Positions 1 to 14,620 of a DNA stretch of 64,000 nucleotides are shown here, one piece after another. The position numbers and the translations under genes are program-made. The notes below the pieces were generated by a model. That model made no database searches and had not been told where the DNA came from. It saw only the letters and a program-made list of their open reading frames with translations. Position 1 is the first letter of the stretch. Each line of letters starts with the position of its first letter. The stretch is from Vicugna vicugna. Its lineage: Eukaryota. The DNA is taken from NCBI GenBank assembly GCA_013265495.1, contig MU058844.1, positions 4,393,535 to 4,457,534 of the forward strand, given 5' to 3'.

Positions 1-1087
1 CACCTGCAGATACCTTTAAGGAATACATCTGAAACTGATCAGTTTGAAAACCATTTTACAAATCATTCTAATATGGTTTTATTTTCTGTTAAGAGAGTTT
101 TAAAAAGTCATTTTGCTTATATACATATGTGCAAGTCAATTTAAGTATCAAAATGAGAGCTACTTTTATTATGATACTATTCTTTCCTAAAGTATTAGCA
201 TATGAATGAAATCAAATGAACTATTAATATTCTCAATTAATTTCTAGAATAATATGTTGAAAATGTGATTTTTTAATGCAGAGATTGTTAAATAATCCTT
301 TAAAAAATCAACATATGACAAGTTCTATTTATATATATACAACCCCACTAAACTTAGTGAATTTCAACAAGTACTAGATAAGGCAGAACAAAGGCAGCTT
401 CCAGCTTATGAACAGATTTTATTTCAAAAACTTAAATTCTGAACGCATTTTCCCCGTATAAACAATGTGATAATTACGAACAGGTTTCTGGAGCAGGCTA
501 CAAATCAAAGTTTAACATAAAATTTTCTTCAAGTAGAATACAAATGATAACATTTACATGAGAAAATACATCAAGTGCTAACATGCAATACCAAACTTTG
601 TTTTTCACTGGCAACTAAAGTTTCTTTGTAGTAAAGGCATCAGTAACAAGGCAATTTCAGTATTAATTTAAGCAAGCTACTGAGAGTTGTATATTACAAG
701 AATTCTTTCTTAATTATTTTATATATAATGATTTCTTAGTTATATAATGATTTCTTAATTATTCTATAATAGTTAAGAAGTAATAAGTACTTATAAAAAT
801 GACAATTATTTTATGACAATTAAGTAATTATAAAATGTAATCTTCAATTGTTTTAAGTAAAAATGAATTTGGTGATGAGAAGCAAATGAAACTAAGGAGC
901 TTCTTCTATCCCTTTGTACAAACCTAAGTTTGACATTATGAATAGATTCCCTTGTCAAATTCAAAATCAAATCAATTAAATTTGTTAGCCTACATTTATT
1001 AGTCTATAGTCTAAACAGGCTATCTTATGTTTATATGCTGTTCGTTGTCAACTAAGATTACTAAAAGGAAAAAAAGGGGCAAAATTA

Positions 1088-1333
<246 letters not shown>

Positions 1334-2566
1334 CTATTCAGAAAGAAATCATTTTCATAATTTGATACTTTAGAACCAAATAAAAATCAGTAGCAAGTAG
1401 TCCTAGTGTCTTATTTAAAATATAGATAGAACATTGAAAGATTATGCTATTAGTTGTTACTGCTATATTAAAATAAATCATTAAAAATGTGAAACAATCT
1501 GCAGTATTCACAAAATACAAGTAAAATAATTAGTATTTAGTGGCACTGAAGGATGTATTTTTTCATTCACGCCAGCTCAACAGATTACGGTTAGCTTTTT
1601 ATATATGTATCATTTTATGAAGTCGTATAAATCAGAATTTTTAGACAGTAAGGTCTCTTAGTACATTTGCATCACACCAGGAATAGAACTCAGGTCTTTT
1701 CTCTCAGTCTAGTGTATTTGTTACACCATGTGAACTTTCATGTTGTCAGCAAAATAATTCCTGGTTGTAACAACAGGGTAGTTAATTTTACTTCAGCACT
1801 CTACAAAACACTCACGTGTTTGAAGTTAGGAAATAAAATTCTCTAATAAACTGATTATTCAGGTTAAGTAAAGGTTATTATATTTAATCTATATAAATAC
1901 AAAATCTCAATGAATATAATAAATCATATCTGATAAAAATCTATATTGGACACAATTTAACTTTAGAATCTTAGGACTGCAATAACCCTTAATGTATTAT
2001 GTCATCCAACTCTGTTTTTAAAACATTTCTTAAACTATCCAATCACTTTAATATTACTACTGTTATTAATACAGCACTAGTATAAACTATAATTGAGAAA
2101 ACTGTAGTCCAAGGTAAACTATTTTTTCTGATTATACATAGCTGTTCAAGGGCAGGATCAGATTTTCCAACTTTGACTTTGTATTGTGATATCCAAGGAA
2201 TCTTCTACTAGTGTCACTATAGCAACTTATGGACAAAATACAGCAACAGAGATACATCCATTCATTTTATCACTGTTTTGTTCATTTTTTGATAGGAGTA
2301 GTGGTAAATTTAGTGCATAATCCACATAAATAAAATTCTCTTCATTTAAAGTCACTTAACTCATTGACAACTTGTTAATATCTAAAATTCATAATTTCCT
2401 GGATTTAGTTTTCACACACTGTAATTTTTTTTTAAGTGAGTTAGAAAAGTAAATGTTACACTTGTTGTAACAGATGGTTCACTGGATACCTTATTTTTAA
2501 TATCAACAAATTGAAGAATAGATAGAAGTTTTCCATTTGGATAATTCTATTCAATATGGACATTTA

Positions 2567-2782
<216 letters not shown>

Positions 2783-3974
2783 CTAGCAACAAACACACTA
2801 GGCAAAAAATGCAAAGCAGGCAATAGGTCTTGCTTCCTTCTTAAAGCTCTCCTAACACAACCTGTTATAACTTAAGAGCAAGGCTACACTAGAAAATTAT
2901 TAAATAAAATACTCTAAGAACAGAAAATACGTATGTGACAGGGAAAAACTATTTGAATGGCTCCTGGAAGGGTAAAGCCATGAGAGGGAAGAAATAAAGA
3001 TGATGAAGAAATTTACCTCATTTTTCTTCACTGTATTTTACTATCCTATACTAAGACTTGCTTCCATTTCCTTAATCACATAGCTTTAGTATTCACTCAA
3101 AAAGTATGCCTCAACTGTAAAAGTGAAAAGGATCTATGAGCGAAAAGGGTCAACATTATTCCTAGAATTATTTCAAGTGTTATAACTAACAAATATGCAT
3201 CCATGGTGGGATAGGGGCAAAGAGACTGAAAAAAACTTTGTGATTTTGTTTTTAAAAATTTTTGTGGATGTGGCTGGAGTGCAGCCAGGATTCTATAGTA
3301 TTACTTAAGATGCACAGCCCAGCTCTCTTAAATGATGATGAATTCTCATATAACTTAATTAAAACTTTTTAAAAGGTTGTGTTAATATCAGAATGTCAGG
3401 AACTTTCATCTCTTTCCCTGATATGGAAAACTGAATTCTCAGCAAATTTATTCAGGGACAGAAAAATACGCAACTTAAATAAAAAAGATATGAGGGTTCA
3501 TTGCACTCTAGTTTTAAGATACACTTCTCAGTGAATGTTTCAAAGGTTCGGAATCAAGATAGAAGGGCGAAGATCTTATATCAGACAAATTTTACTCAAC
3601 ATGAATCTCTAACAGACATTACTAGGTTTCAAATTATGATTACTACTTGCCTGAGACATCGATGATGATTTTGCAATTGTGGAATAGTTCTCTGTCTCCA
3701 ACTCCCAGGACACATAAGACCCAAGCATATATATCTTAAGCATTCTCCTAAGAGGAGAGTAACAGTCCTAAGATCTTGCTATATTATGTTTCAGGCTGGC
3801 AACTGTGGGCACTGCACAAAAACTGTCAGATGCCACATGGGTTTAGGGGACAAGACTTGGGAGAGGAGGTTGATTTTTTGCTTTTAGATATATTGCTGAA
3901 TCTCAAGGGATCTTGGGAGTAGGGGTGGGGTAAACTACCACCCCCCCCCAAAAAGGGAAAAAATTGTTTAGGCT

Positions 3975-4150
3975 AACTATTTCCAATACTGGCTGCAATT
4001 CAGGATACCTGTGTAGCTTTGAAAAATTGAGATATCTTAGCCCCATCCAGCTCTATCAAAACAGAATCTTCAGGAACAGAATTGCAAAAACGGTTTTAAA
4101 AAGTTTCAAAGGCAATTTTGATGTAAAGCTAAGGCTGAAATACACTGCAT
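3975..4150 (+). mobile_element. MER5-like hAT MITE
   Basis: CTGGCTGCAATTCAGGATACCTG...TTTTGATGTAAAGCTAAGGCTGAAATACACTG. Confidence 0.5.
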
Positions 4151-6159
4151 TCCCAAGTGCATATAAAAATAGGGTATTTGCTCTTACATAGCTCTTTTTT
4201 TTTTAAATGTCAGATAACTCTGTATCATTTACTATAGAGATCAGAAAGTTACTCAAAAAGCAGGATATATAGAACCTGAAAAAATTAATCATACAGTAAG
4301 AATTTAATTGAAGAAAAGAACAAATAAACAGAAAGTTTAAATAAATAAAAGTGCAATTATGTCAGCTAAGTATTTAAAATGTTACTGAAATGACCAATCT
4401 TAGAAATGGAAGTTAGGATGAAAGACAAGGCAAATTACTACCCACTGGAATCAGGTTCTTAGAATTATGGCAAGGAGTTATCATCATCAGTGAAGACTAC
4501 AGACACTGGAGTAAGACATTCCCTACCTTTTCAAAGAACAAAGATAGCAATTAGAGAGTGTTTAGCATCTAAAGGACTGCACAACACAGCTAATAAAATG
4601 AAAGACAAATTTTAAGCAATTTTCTTTATAAGTCACAAGGTTTTAAGACTCCAGGAATAAACAGCGTTATTGGGAAGGTAAATTTTAAATTTGAAAAAAA
4701 AAATAAGGTAAGAAAGCAGGCAAGATTAAAACTCAATTACATTTGAATGACTAAAAAGCTACAGAACTTCAAAAAACAATCTTGCTATTATGAGTGCACT
4801 ATCCAAATCAACAGGAGCATGAAGCAAGCAGTCTGTCTTTAATTCAGTATAAACAAGGCAAATATCAGGCAACCCTGTGCCTAATAATTCTTCAGCCATC
4901 AACAGTGCAGTTATGTATTCTCATGCTAATGACCCAGGCATCTATGATGCTTTCCAGTATTCCCTATCCACAGAATTTTCATTTTTTTGAAAGATAAAAT
5001 TTATAAACATCTGGAAACTCCTAAAAACTCTTTAAAAATCATTTCCATCTTGATGGCATCAGAGTTGAACTACAAGTCCATAATTCTTTTCTGATATAAA
5101 CTGTTTCAAAGAATTGGAGTTAGATAAAAAAGAAATCATTGATTTTAAGGCAAAACAAACCTTATAGAACTCTGGTATTCCTTGAGAGAAATCTACCCTT
5201 GTCTTGTGAAGGTGTTTATGGAAACTGTAATTCAATTAGCAAAAATTTTATCTTGTGAATTAATTTTTTAACAAACACCTGTAACCATCAAAATAAAAGA
5301 AATGCAATAAACTGTGTCTAACATGACATGCATGTCCCCTGGTCCAAGACCACTATATAGTTTATATTCTTATTCTGGCTAAGCAAGAAAGTCTTCAGAC
5401 TGAATGTCTTTTTTTTTTTTAATTGAAATGTTAAAAATCCCTACTCTGTGTGATCCTATACTATTCTAAGGTTTTAAATACCATCTACATGCTTGTTACT
5501 TCAAATTTTTATCTCTGGTCCTGACCACTTCCCTTCTCTCCAGACTGACAGATCTATCTTCATCTGCATATCTAAAAGGAACAAAAACAGGACTCTCAGT
5601 TTCCTTTCCTACACGTTGTTTCATCTGTCAAATTTATCTGTGGAGATCACTGCTAAAAAACTTGAGTCAAGAAGCCTCTCTGGATGTCAAATTCAATGTT
5701 TTTAAGATTGCTTACTTTTTCATAATAAATTATAATAAAATGATTTGCCTATTTTCCTAGCCCACTGCTTATTAGAAACAATGATTTTGAGAGTGCGGTA
5801 GGAAAGTAATACTAAAGAAGATAGTTTCAGCAAGTATCTCTGAAAGTGACAACTGACAATGAGAGGAAAGTGACTTTAAAACTGAGTGCCTATACCTGGC
5901 AGAAGCCTGGGATACACACACTCTTCACTAAAACTAAATGTGCACAATCACACACACCCACACCATTTCATTCAGTCTTTACAACAATACAATGAGGTAG
6001 AAATTACTGTCCCAATTTAGAAATGAGGAAGATAGGGCTGAAGAAGCTGAAATAATGTCTTCTAAGTCTCAAAGTCCCTGTGTGTCCTGGCATAAAGATA
6101 ACTGCGCTTCTCTAAAAACTCCCAGAATGAACCTAAAATGCTTTAAAAAGCAATGAATT

Positions 6160-6521
6160 AAAACTGCCACAGTTTTCCATGTCTGTGAGTCAGTTTTTGT
6201 TCTGAAAATTTGTTTGTCGAAAACAACCTTATGGTTACCAGAGGGGGAAGGGAGTAGGAAGGAATAAATTGGGAGTTTGAGATTTGCAGATACTAACTAA
6301 TATAATATAAGATAAACAACAAGTTTATACTGTATAGCACAGGGAACTATATTCAATGTCTTGCAGTAACTTATGGTGGAAAAGAATATGAAAATGAGTA
6401 CATATGTATCCACGTATGACTGAAGCATTATGCTGTACACCAGAAACTGACACAACATTGTAAACTGGCTATACTTCAATAAAAATATATATATACCAAA
6501 AAACCCCCACAAAAACTGCCA
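6160..6521 (+). mobile_element. Young 5'-truncated, 5'-inverted L1 3' end with 10-bp TSD
   Basis: TSD AAAACTGCCA at 6160-6169 and 6512-6521; antisense piece 6172-6217, sense piece 6219-~6495. Confidence 0.85.
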
Positions 6522-7049
6522 GTTAATGACCACTGACTGTGTATAAGACCATGCTAGATGACTCAGGGGATATGAAAATGAACCAGAAGTTCAAGCTTGT
6601 TTAGGGAACGCCTCAGTCTAAATACATAAATATTTTAAATAAACATTTAAATAAACACTAGGCAGAAAATTACAAACATCACAGGAAAGATATGAAAGTT
6701 GCAAGGAGTCTTGAAGATGAGAAATGTTTGCTTCTAGCTGGAAAGATAGGAGGGTTTTTTCTTTTTTTTTTTTTTAAGAAGAGAAGTCATGTAAGGGTTG
6801 CAAAATATGGGTAGGATATGGCAGAAGTTGGATGGGAAGGAAAGGAGAAGGGAGGAATTCTAGGCTCAAAGAAGAACATGAACAAATGTAGAGGTGAAGA
6901 AGACCACAACATGTACCCTACACCTTTCTCTCGTTGATATCTGGCTTCGCCTTGAGGGCATGGTTTACACTGTAGCCCTTCCAAGTGGTGATGGTGCTCT
7001 TTTTCATCCTTTGCAACAATAGGCCTGGAGTTAGAGTAGGTGTCCTCCT

Positions 7050-8610
7050 TGATCCTTACCACTTCCAGACCACTGTCACTCCTTAAAATCACTCATCTCT
7101 GAATTTCAAGTCACTTTATTATCCACTATCCCTCCTTGTCACAGTCACCAATCTCTGGGTCACACATAGCTCCTGCTTCCTTGTTCTCTCCAACATCACA
7201 GTTGTCAAAATTCTTAGTGGTTTCGAAATCTACACAGATGTATCTTCTAACTCTTGCCTTGATGTCTTTTCTTCCAACGATTTTCATGTTCATCCTCCTT
7301 TAACTAGTTAAACGGCCACAGTCATATCTAATAAAAATAAAGGGGGCCCTACCCACCACTCCCCATCCCTCTAAGGATATTCTGAAGTGTATGTGTGGGT
7401 AAGTACTTTTTGGTCATCACACTGAATGAAAAGTAATGATGGTACTTGGTGGATGAGGGCCACGTTGGGTACATATCCTGAAATACAGTTCTGTGAAATG
7501 CCAATAGCATTCCTATTGGAAACTAGCAATGCTCTAGCTTGACCCTACTCAGACATCAAAAATTCTTCAGCTCTGTAAACCACTGATCAATCACCTTTTC
7601 CTCATCCTTCATCCTCCCTCACAGCCCTTCATAACCAGCGTAGATTGTGTCCCAATATTATAATCAATCCCTTATCTATTTGTTTAGTAATACACATCTG
7701 ACAAAATCCTAATCCTGTTTAACCATATTCTCCATGCCTGTACCAGTGTAGCTATAAAGCAGCAGGAAAAAACACATACCCAAATCAACTTGTTTAATAA
7801 AGTATTGCTAACCTCAAGTAGGGTGTTAGAGTTGCTTGACGATCATAATGTATTTTCCTAGTCTATACACTTTCCTGGATCTTTGTTTCTTAACATGTGA
7901 TTTACAGGCTAAGTATCACCTAGGAATTTAACAGAAATGCAGAACTTCAGGCCCTACTCTAAATCTCTATATATCAGAACATGCACCATAATAACATCTC
8001 CAGGTGATTCACAGGCACGTTGAAGTTTGTGAAGCACTGTCTTAGATGACTACCTCATACCCTCCCCTATTCTGAGATCTCCTGCACTTCCTCTCCCTTC
8101 TCACACTCTACTGGTGATTCTGCTTCCTGTTTCACTGAGAAAAGAGACGCAAACAAAGGCCAACTTCCAGAAGCTATTCATCTATTAATCACTTACCTAT
8201 ATTCATGTCTCTATACTCTGCCTTCCCGTTTATCACAGATTAGCTGTTGGTTCTATAACTGAATGACTGAAATCCTCACCCTGAGCACCAGATCCTATTT
8301 ATTTCTTCTCATCTATTTAAGGACATTGATCCAGTAATTCATCCCCTGACCTTGAATTATTACTTTTCCCAGTGTCAACGGATTAGATGCACACGTTTTG
8401 TTTCTCCCCCTTAAATAGAAAAACCTCATCATCCTACTACCTCTCTTGACTCCACATTCAGCACCACCACCATTTCTTATCATGATTTAAATGATTTTTC
8501 AGTAACAACTTCAATTACTCTTCCTCCACTGTCCTAAAAGCACTCTATCAGGCTTCTGCATCTATCACGCCACTGAAATTGCTTATCAGTGCTACCCAAC
8601 AACTCTATGT
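7050..8610 (+). mobile_element. L2 fragments interrupted by MER20-like (~7340-7525) and MER5A elements
   Basis: C/T-rich L2 phrases (GCTTCCTGTTTCACTGAGAAAA, CCACTGAAATTGCTTATCA). Confidence 0.5.
7881..8039 (+). mobile_element. MER5A (hAT-Charlie) nested in L2
   Basis: AGAAATGCAGAA...CCAGGTGATTC...AAGTTTGTGAAGCACTG; 8-bp TSD TCCTGGAT / TCTTAGAT. Confidence 0.75.
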
Positions 8611-8800
8611 GTTTAAGATTCCTTAAATGTCTGATATAAATAGCTGTAACATATAATCCAATTGAAAATAAGCCAGCACTGAACACTGTGGTATTCAAGT
8701 CAGTTGGAATAAAGCTTGAAAATAAACTCTATTTCCCACAAATATCATCAAGTTTTTTTTTAAAAAAGAAAATAAACTATTCCAATAGGTTTATTAATTA

Positions 8801-8953
<153 letters not shown>

Positions 8954-9044
8954 TTAAATTGAAAAAAAATTCAGTCTAATTGACACAAATTTTTATTTGG
9001 TATGCTATTAGGAATGGTGTATTCCACAGAAATGCCAATGAATG

Positions 9045-9350
9045 TGTGAAGGTGGACCAAAGCTACGAACTTCCAGTTATAAGTAAGGTCTAGTGATGTC
9101 ATCTACAGACATGGGGACTATCGTTAACAATACTGTACTGCATATTTGAAAGTAGATAAGACAGTAATCCTTAAAAGTTCTCATCACAAGAAAACACTGT
9201 AACTATATGAGGTGATGGATGTTAACCTATTGTAGTGATCATTTTTAATATATATATATATACATATATATATATCAAATCATTAAATTCTACACCTTAA
9301 ACTAAGACAAAGTTGTATGTTAATTGTATTTCAATAAAACTGGAAAAAAT
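9045..9350 (+). mobile_element. L1MA9-like 3' end
   Basis: GTGAAGGTGG...AACTTCCAGTTATAAG...AAAAGTTCTCATCACAAG...TCAATAAAACTGGAAAAAA. Confidence 0.8.
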
Positions 9351-10030
9351 CATTCAGATTTCTCCCAGAAGAAAAAAAAGTGTATATATGTGTATGTGTG
9401 TGTGCATGTGCGTGTGTGCAACCCTAATTAACACAGATACTTGTTTGGTATATTATTAGGAATGGACTATTCCATGGAGATGTTCTTGGAGATGAGGAAG
9501 GGTCAAATGAACACTGCTTCATAAAATTTACTCTCTCTTTCCTTTCAACATCAAAAGACTAAAACCACAGCTCATCTATTTTATATATTAAACCTTTACT
9601 AAAAGTTTTATTTCATTAAAGCATAGTGCCATCTGAAAACTCCTCCTCTACTATTTATATGCTTTTGGGAGAGGAGTTTGAACATAAGAATATGTTTAAA
9701 GACTGCACTGAGTAGTTATTTTTAGGCTCAACATAAAGCTATTTATAATAGTCTATTATGGTAATGGAAACCCTGGAGAATATAGAAGTAGCCAAAAGAG
9801 ACTTAAGATTTTAGAGATTTGAAGAGGGAGTACCTGAAAAGAATCTTTGCTTATAATTTTTATAGAAAACAAATTTTACGATTTTTAAAAAGAAATATTC
9901 CCACGTATGTTGTCCATTCTATAGAAATGCTGTACCACTCCGTTCTGCCAGTTCCTATTTTTCCTACCTTTCCTACAGATTATTATAACCATTGGTTATC
10001 CTCCACATAGTAGGGCACCATTTTTTGCCA

Positions 10031-10207
10031 TGTATTTCATTTCATTAAATCTAAGATGCCATCAATTATAAAGCTTATCATTATTTTACGTACCATTAAG
10101 AAAGAAAAAAGGTCACTAGTTAATTTTAAGATGACTTTACCTGTAAGATTTATTCTGATTTCAGAGATGTTAAAATGTACACCATAAGAACTAATGAAAC
10201 AAAGTAT
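10031..10207 (-). mobile_element. MER104-like Tc2 MITE
   Basis: TTTCATTAAATCTAAGATGCCATCAATT...TGATTTCAGAGATGTTAAAATGT with remnant terminal inverted repeats. Confidence 0.65.
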
Positions 10208-10367
10208 TCTTATTTAAACATTTTATCATTTGAGCTTCTAAGAATAGCATTTGGGGAATTATTCATATATGCTCTAGACATCCAGCTAAGTGCTACCCAG
10301 AGCACTGGTTAAACAATACTGGTATATTTTACACAAAGAACAAATTATTTTTATTTATCTTTTAGTG

Positions 10368-10450
10368 GCTGCTCTCCCTTTTGAGATGGACCACATTCTG
10401 TCTATGGAATGAATATCTCTCTAAATAAACTTGCTTTCATTAAAAAAAAA
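10368..10450 (+). mobile_element. Short polyadenylated ERV-LTR fragment with TSD
   Basis: TTTGAGATGGACCACATTCTGTCTATGGAATGAATATCTCTCTAAATAAACTTGCTTTCATT-A9; flanks ATCTTTTAGTG / ATCTTCTGGTG. Confidence 0.55.
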
Positions 10451-10565
10451 TCTTCTGGTGAAGTACTTAATATTGACAGTTATTTGTCTAGCTAAAAGTA
10501 AAGTTAAGATATACAAGACATGGCTATAAGAAATAATTGATGATATATTCTGAGTAATACTTTAC

Positions 10566-10686
10566 CTTCAAGGCTGACATAAACAACGTATATTCAGACT
10601 CCCAGTCCCAATTTCTGTGGAGTGTTTTTAAGGCATGAGTAAATATCACCATAGACAGACAAACCCAGGATAATTTTTTTAATACA
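10566..10686 (-). CDS. TMTC3: TMTC3 exon 9 (121 nt)
   Basis: [43 protein letters not shown] acceptor, GTAAAG donor. Confidence 0.96.
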
Positions 10687-11394
10687 CTGTTTAAGGAAAA
10701 AAAGCAGAACAAAAAAACATTGTCTACATCACCCAAAACAGAGGTAAGAAATATATTAAATATCTCCAAATATCACATTGGAATTCATTCTCAAGATTAG
10801 GAATTATTCTAATAATCATCCAACTTGAGAGGGAACAATACCAAAAAAATTAAATATTATGAATACTTACACCTGTCTTCAATTACATTAAATATTTTAA
10901 TATTTGCCTTTATTTCAGAAGTTTTATTTAGATTTAATGACAAAATATTAGTAAGACCAATTTTTAATTATGACTTTTTATATATTTAGTTCTTTTGTAC
11001 CATTACCTACAACTTGAATGTTCTTAATTGTATTTATAAAGGGTCACTCTTATTATTGGCTATATTTAAAATCATTATTATTTACAATAAATATACATAT
11101 ATACCACAGATTTTCATGAAATTCTTGAGAGAATTTTACATTTTAAAGCTTGAATTATTTATTAAAAGTCATAGTAAAACTAACTGTTTTTAAAATAGAT
11201 GCAAATTTCATATAGCCTTAGGCTAATCACTTGGAAATCAATTTCTCATTTACAAAAAGATAATTATACTTCAATAATCCTTATGATCCTATTAAGCACT
11301 AATGTTCTGAGTCTGTGTTTTTTGTCCAAGTAACAATTCAATTTCTTCCATTCTGATAGCTCCATTTAAGCAGGATAAGAGCACATGGATCAGA

Positions 11395-11550
11395 AGGAAC
11401 ATGGACATTGGAAATAGTGAGATGTAAATTTGAATCAAGACTCTGCTGTTTATTACTAACTGTGTGGTCTTGCATAACTCAGGTAACCTGAATGAGCTTC
11501 AATTTTTAAATGTGCAAAGTGGAGTTAAGAAGTGTCAAGATTAAATAAGA
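11395..11550 (+). mobile_element. MIR SINE (representative; others near 5965, 14110, 24400, 25160, 27730, 40340, 40890, 63830)
   Basis: CTCTGCTGTTTATTACTAACTGTGTGGTCTTG...GAGCTTCAATTTTTAAATGTGCAAAGTGG core. Confidence 0.55.
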
Positions 11551-12468
11551 AAACAAATCTAGTTTATTGTGGAGCTGGATAATGGTAGGCATTCAAAAAG
11601 TGGTAGTGATTATAATTGGGTATATGGATAGAAACAAACAGAAAAGATTTGGTAGATGGTAGTGAAAACTGTAGACATGGATGAGATCATCAGGGAGAAC
11701 ATGCAGTGTGAGAAAAATGGCTATTAGTGTAACTCTGAGAAATAAAAAGCATTTAAAGAGTAGGTACAGCAGGAAGAATCTGAGAAGAGACTGAGCAGAA
11801 ATGAACAAATGTTGAAGAGAATCAGGACAGAGACTTTTATAGATGCCAGGGAAATAACTTTTAAATAAAAGCACTGACTAGATTTGGCTACTAGAGGCAA
11901 TTTGTTATGTTAGTAGGGTGATGTAGACAGAAGTCAGAATTCTGCAGGTTGATGGGTGACTGGAAAGTAAGAAAAAAGAGATAGTGACCATATCTTACAT
12001 ATATACACAGTGACTATTCTGTTCCTTAATTGGCAGTTTAAGGCAACTAGGACACGGTGGTCACTGTGAAGCAAGAAATTACAGATTGCCTACTATAAGC
12101 ATTTTACATATATTAACCCAGTATGACTCACTTAAAAACACTGTATCTTAGTTCACTGCATGTGGAAGTAGAAATGACCATTTGGAACTTTAGTCATAAT
12201 TATATTCTTTTTTTCATTGGGTCTGACTCAAAGTTAGTTATGTCTCAGGCTATAAAATAAAATTACATGAATATGAGGAAGAACATAGGATGAGGTAGGA
12301 GCTACTGAGCTTTCCTAACCTCAATTATAGATAAATAAGGAGACTATCAATATGCAAAACAAAAAGGTATAAAAATATGACTCATAAAAACTAAATAAAC
12401 ATTTGAAATATTTTAAAGTATCACACTTAATCGTTAGTAAGCATTAAATGCACTAACATTTTAATTCA

Positions 12469-12618
<150 letters not shown>

Positions 12619-14364
12619 CTACAAAGAAAAACAAGACATTTTATTAAATTAAAAAAAATATGGACATCAACAGTCAAATCCAAAATCATTTAATTTGGAC
12701 AATGTATTGGCAGACCATTTTTAATAATACTTAAGAATACTGATATAAACATAAAGAAGGCCACTTAGGGATGGAGACAATAAACAAGAGGATGAATGTC
12801 AGCAAGGTGAGATGAAGTTTTCTTGAATGCTAGAACTTACACTTAGGGCTCATTCAATTAAATAAAAAACATTCTTTGAAAATATATCTAAAATAAGATA
12901 CTGGTAATTTTTATACATTCAACTTATGTGAATGTGGTAAAAATAAACAGACAGGAAAGGATGTTAGTAGGCTTTGGCAAAATAAAACTACAAAGGTTGA
13001 TAAAATAGCCAAACATGACAGTTTCTTATAATTTTACTACTATATATTAAATATCCATATCATATTGGAAATTGTTAAGGTATGTTTCAGACAAAACAGC
13101 AGACTACTTCTATGCCACAGTACTAGTTTGCACAGTATTCAGATATGTCACATTTAACAGAGAATTAGTATATGTATAAAAATAAAAGTGGCCCCTTTAA
13201 ATTAATAGTCTTTATAAGAATTTCTAAAACTCTTGACACTGTGTTAGAAGTAAACATAAAATGCTTAGATTTTTTGCCATCTTGAAAATAGGATAGCATA
13301 TGGCTTCCAGATTACAAAGTCATTACAAAAGATAGGACACAAACAACTAGCACACAAATAACTTATGGAAGGAAATGAGTTGGTTGTTAGTAGGACATCT
13401 GTTTCTACGGACATCTGCTTCCATATTTTGTTACCCTGATTTGTTTTATGGTACCTAATGCAATAAATAAGTTGCTCCCTCAGCTTCATAAGTTTCAGAG
13501 TCTTCTAACAGTTTGAGAGGATGGAATGCCTTTTATTACACTTTATTAGTGAAATATAGAAATGTAAATACATTGAAAAGAATACTTTCTCCATGAATCA
13601 CAAATTAATAATTTGTAATGTGGCAAGACTGAATCTGAAGAACTACCATCAAACTGTTCAGTATCATTTATATGTATCAATTTATATATCTGAAATTTAA
13701 ATGCTTTCTTTTTAATCAAAAATGTAAAACGTAAGAGTGCCTAATTCACTTTCCACTTTCCAGAAATGCTTGACAAAAATGACAGAGATTTGTTCCTAAA
13801 TATATGATCCTTAAAAAAAAAAATTCCCAATTAATTCATGGCTGTCTTAAGGCAATTTCACTTGAAAAAATTGAAAGTATTAAAGTCATCCAAACATGCA
13901 TCATGGATTGATGCATAAGCTACACAAAAAAGAAAAGACATCTCTCAAAAAATCTATCTGTTCTTGAATAAGGAATGTCTCAATGATTAACTTACTCAGA
14001 CATTCTAATCTGCTCTCTATTAATATATGTCAACCAAGTTAACTATGACTAACATAGTATCTGTCTTCTAGTGATGTAAACTCTCTCAAAAAGGAAGGAT
14101 GGTAGGGGAAAGAGCAAATAGCTTAGAGGCAAATCTGTTTCACTTCTTCCTATATAACATAGAGTAAACTACTCAAATCATCTTGTGACTCCATTTTTTA
14201 AATAAATAAAATAGGGATTAATAACCACATACATTATATTATTGAGATACATACAACATCTTATTTAGTAAGTGCTTAACATGGTATCTGGTACTTGAAA
14301 AGTACTTTTTTGATCTATTCATCCCTTTCAGAGATCTTCAGGAAATATCACCATTAAATAGCAT

Positions 14365-14620
14365 GCATATATATACACATACATATATACATTTTTTCCA
14401 GATTTTCTGTTGTAGGTTATTACAAGGTATTGAATATAGTTCCCTGTGCTATACAGTAAAACCTTTTGCTTATCTATTTTAAGTAGAGGAGTTTGTATCT
14501 GTTAATCCTATATTCCTAATTTATACCTCTCTACCATCCCTTTCCCCTTTGGTAACTATAAGTTTATTTTCTATGAAACTAACACAATGTTGTAAATCAA
14601 CAAAACTTCAATTAAAAAAA
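14365..14620 (+). mobile_element. 5'-inverted L1 3' end
   Basis: Antisense L1 3'UTR 14365-14574 joined to the sense terminus GAAACTAACACAATGTTGTAAATCAAC...CAATTAAAAAAA 14575-14620. Confidence 0.8.

Noticed and set aside
722..757. Short direct repeats (TATATAATGATTTCTTA x2; similar small duplications at 29255, 51321, 57547)
   Set aside because: Two-copy slippage duplications in AT-rich intron; not an array and not CRISPR-like.
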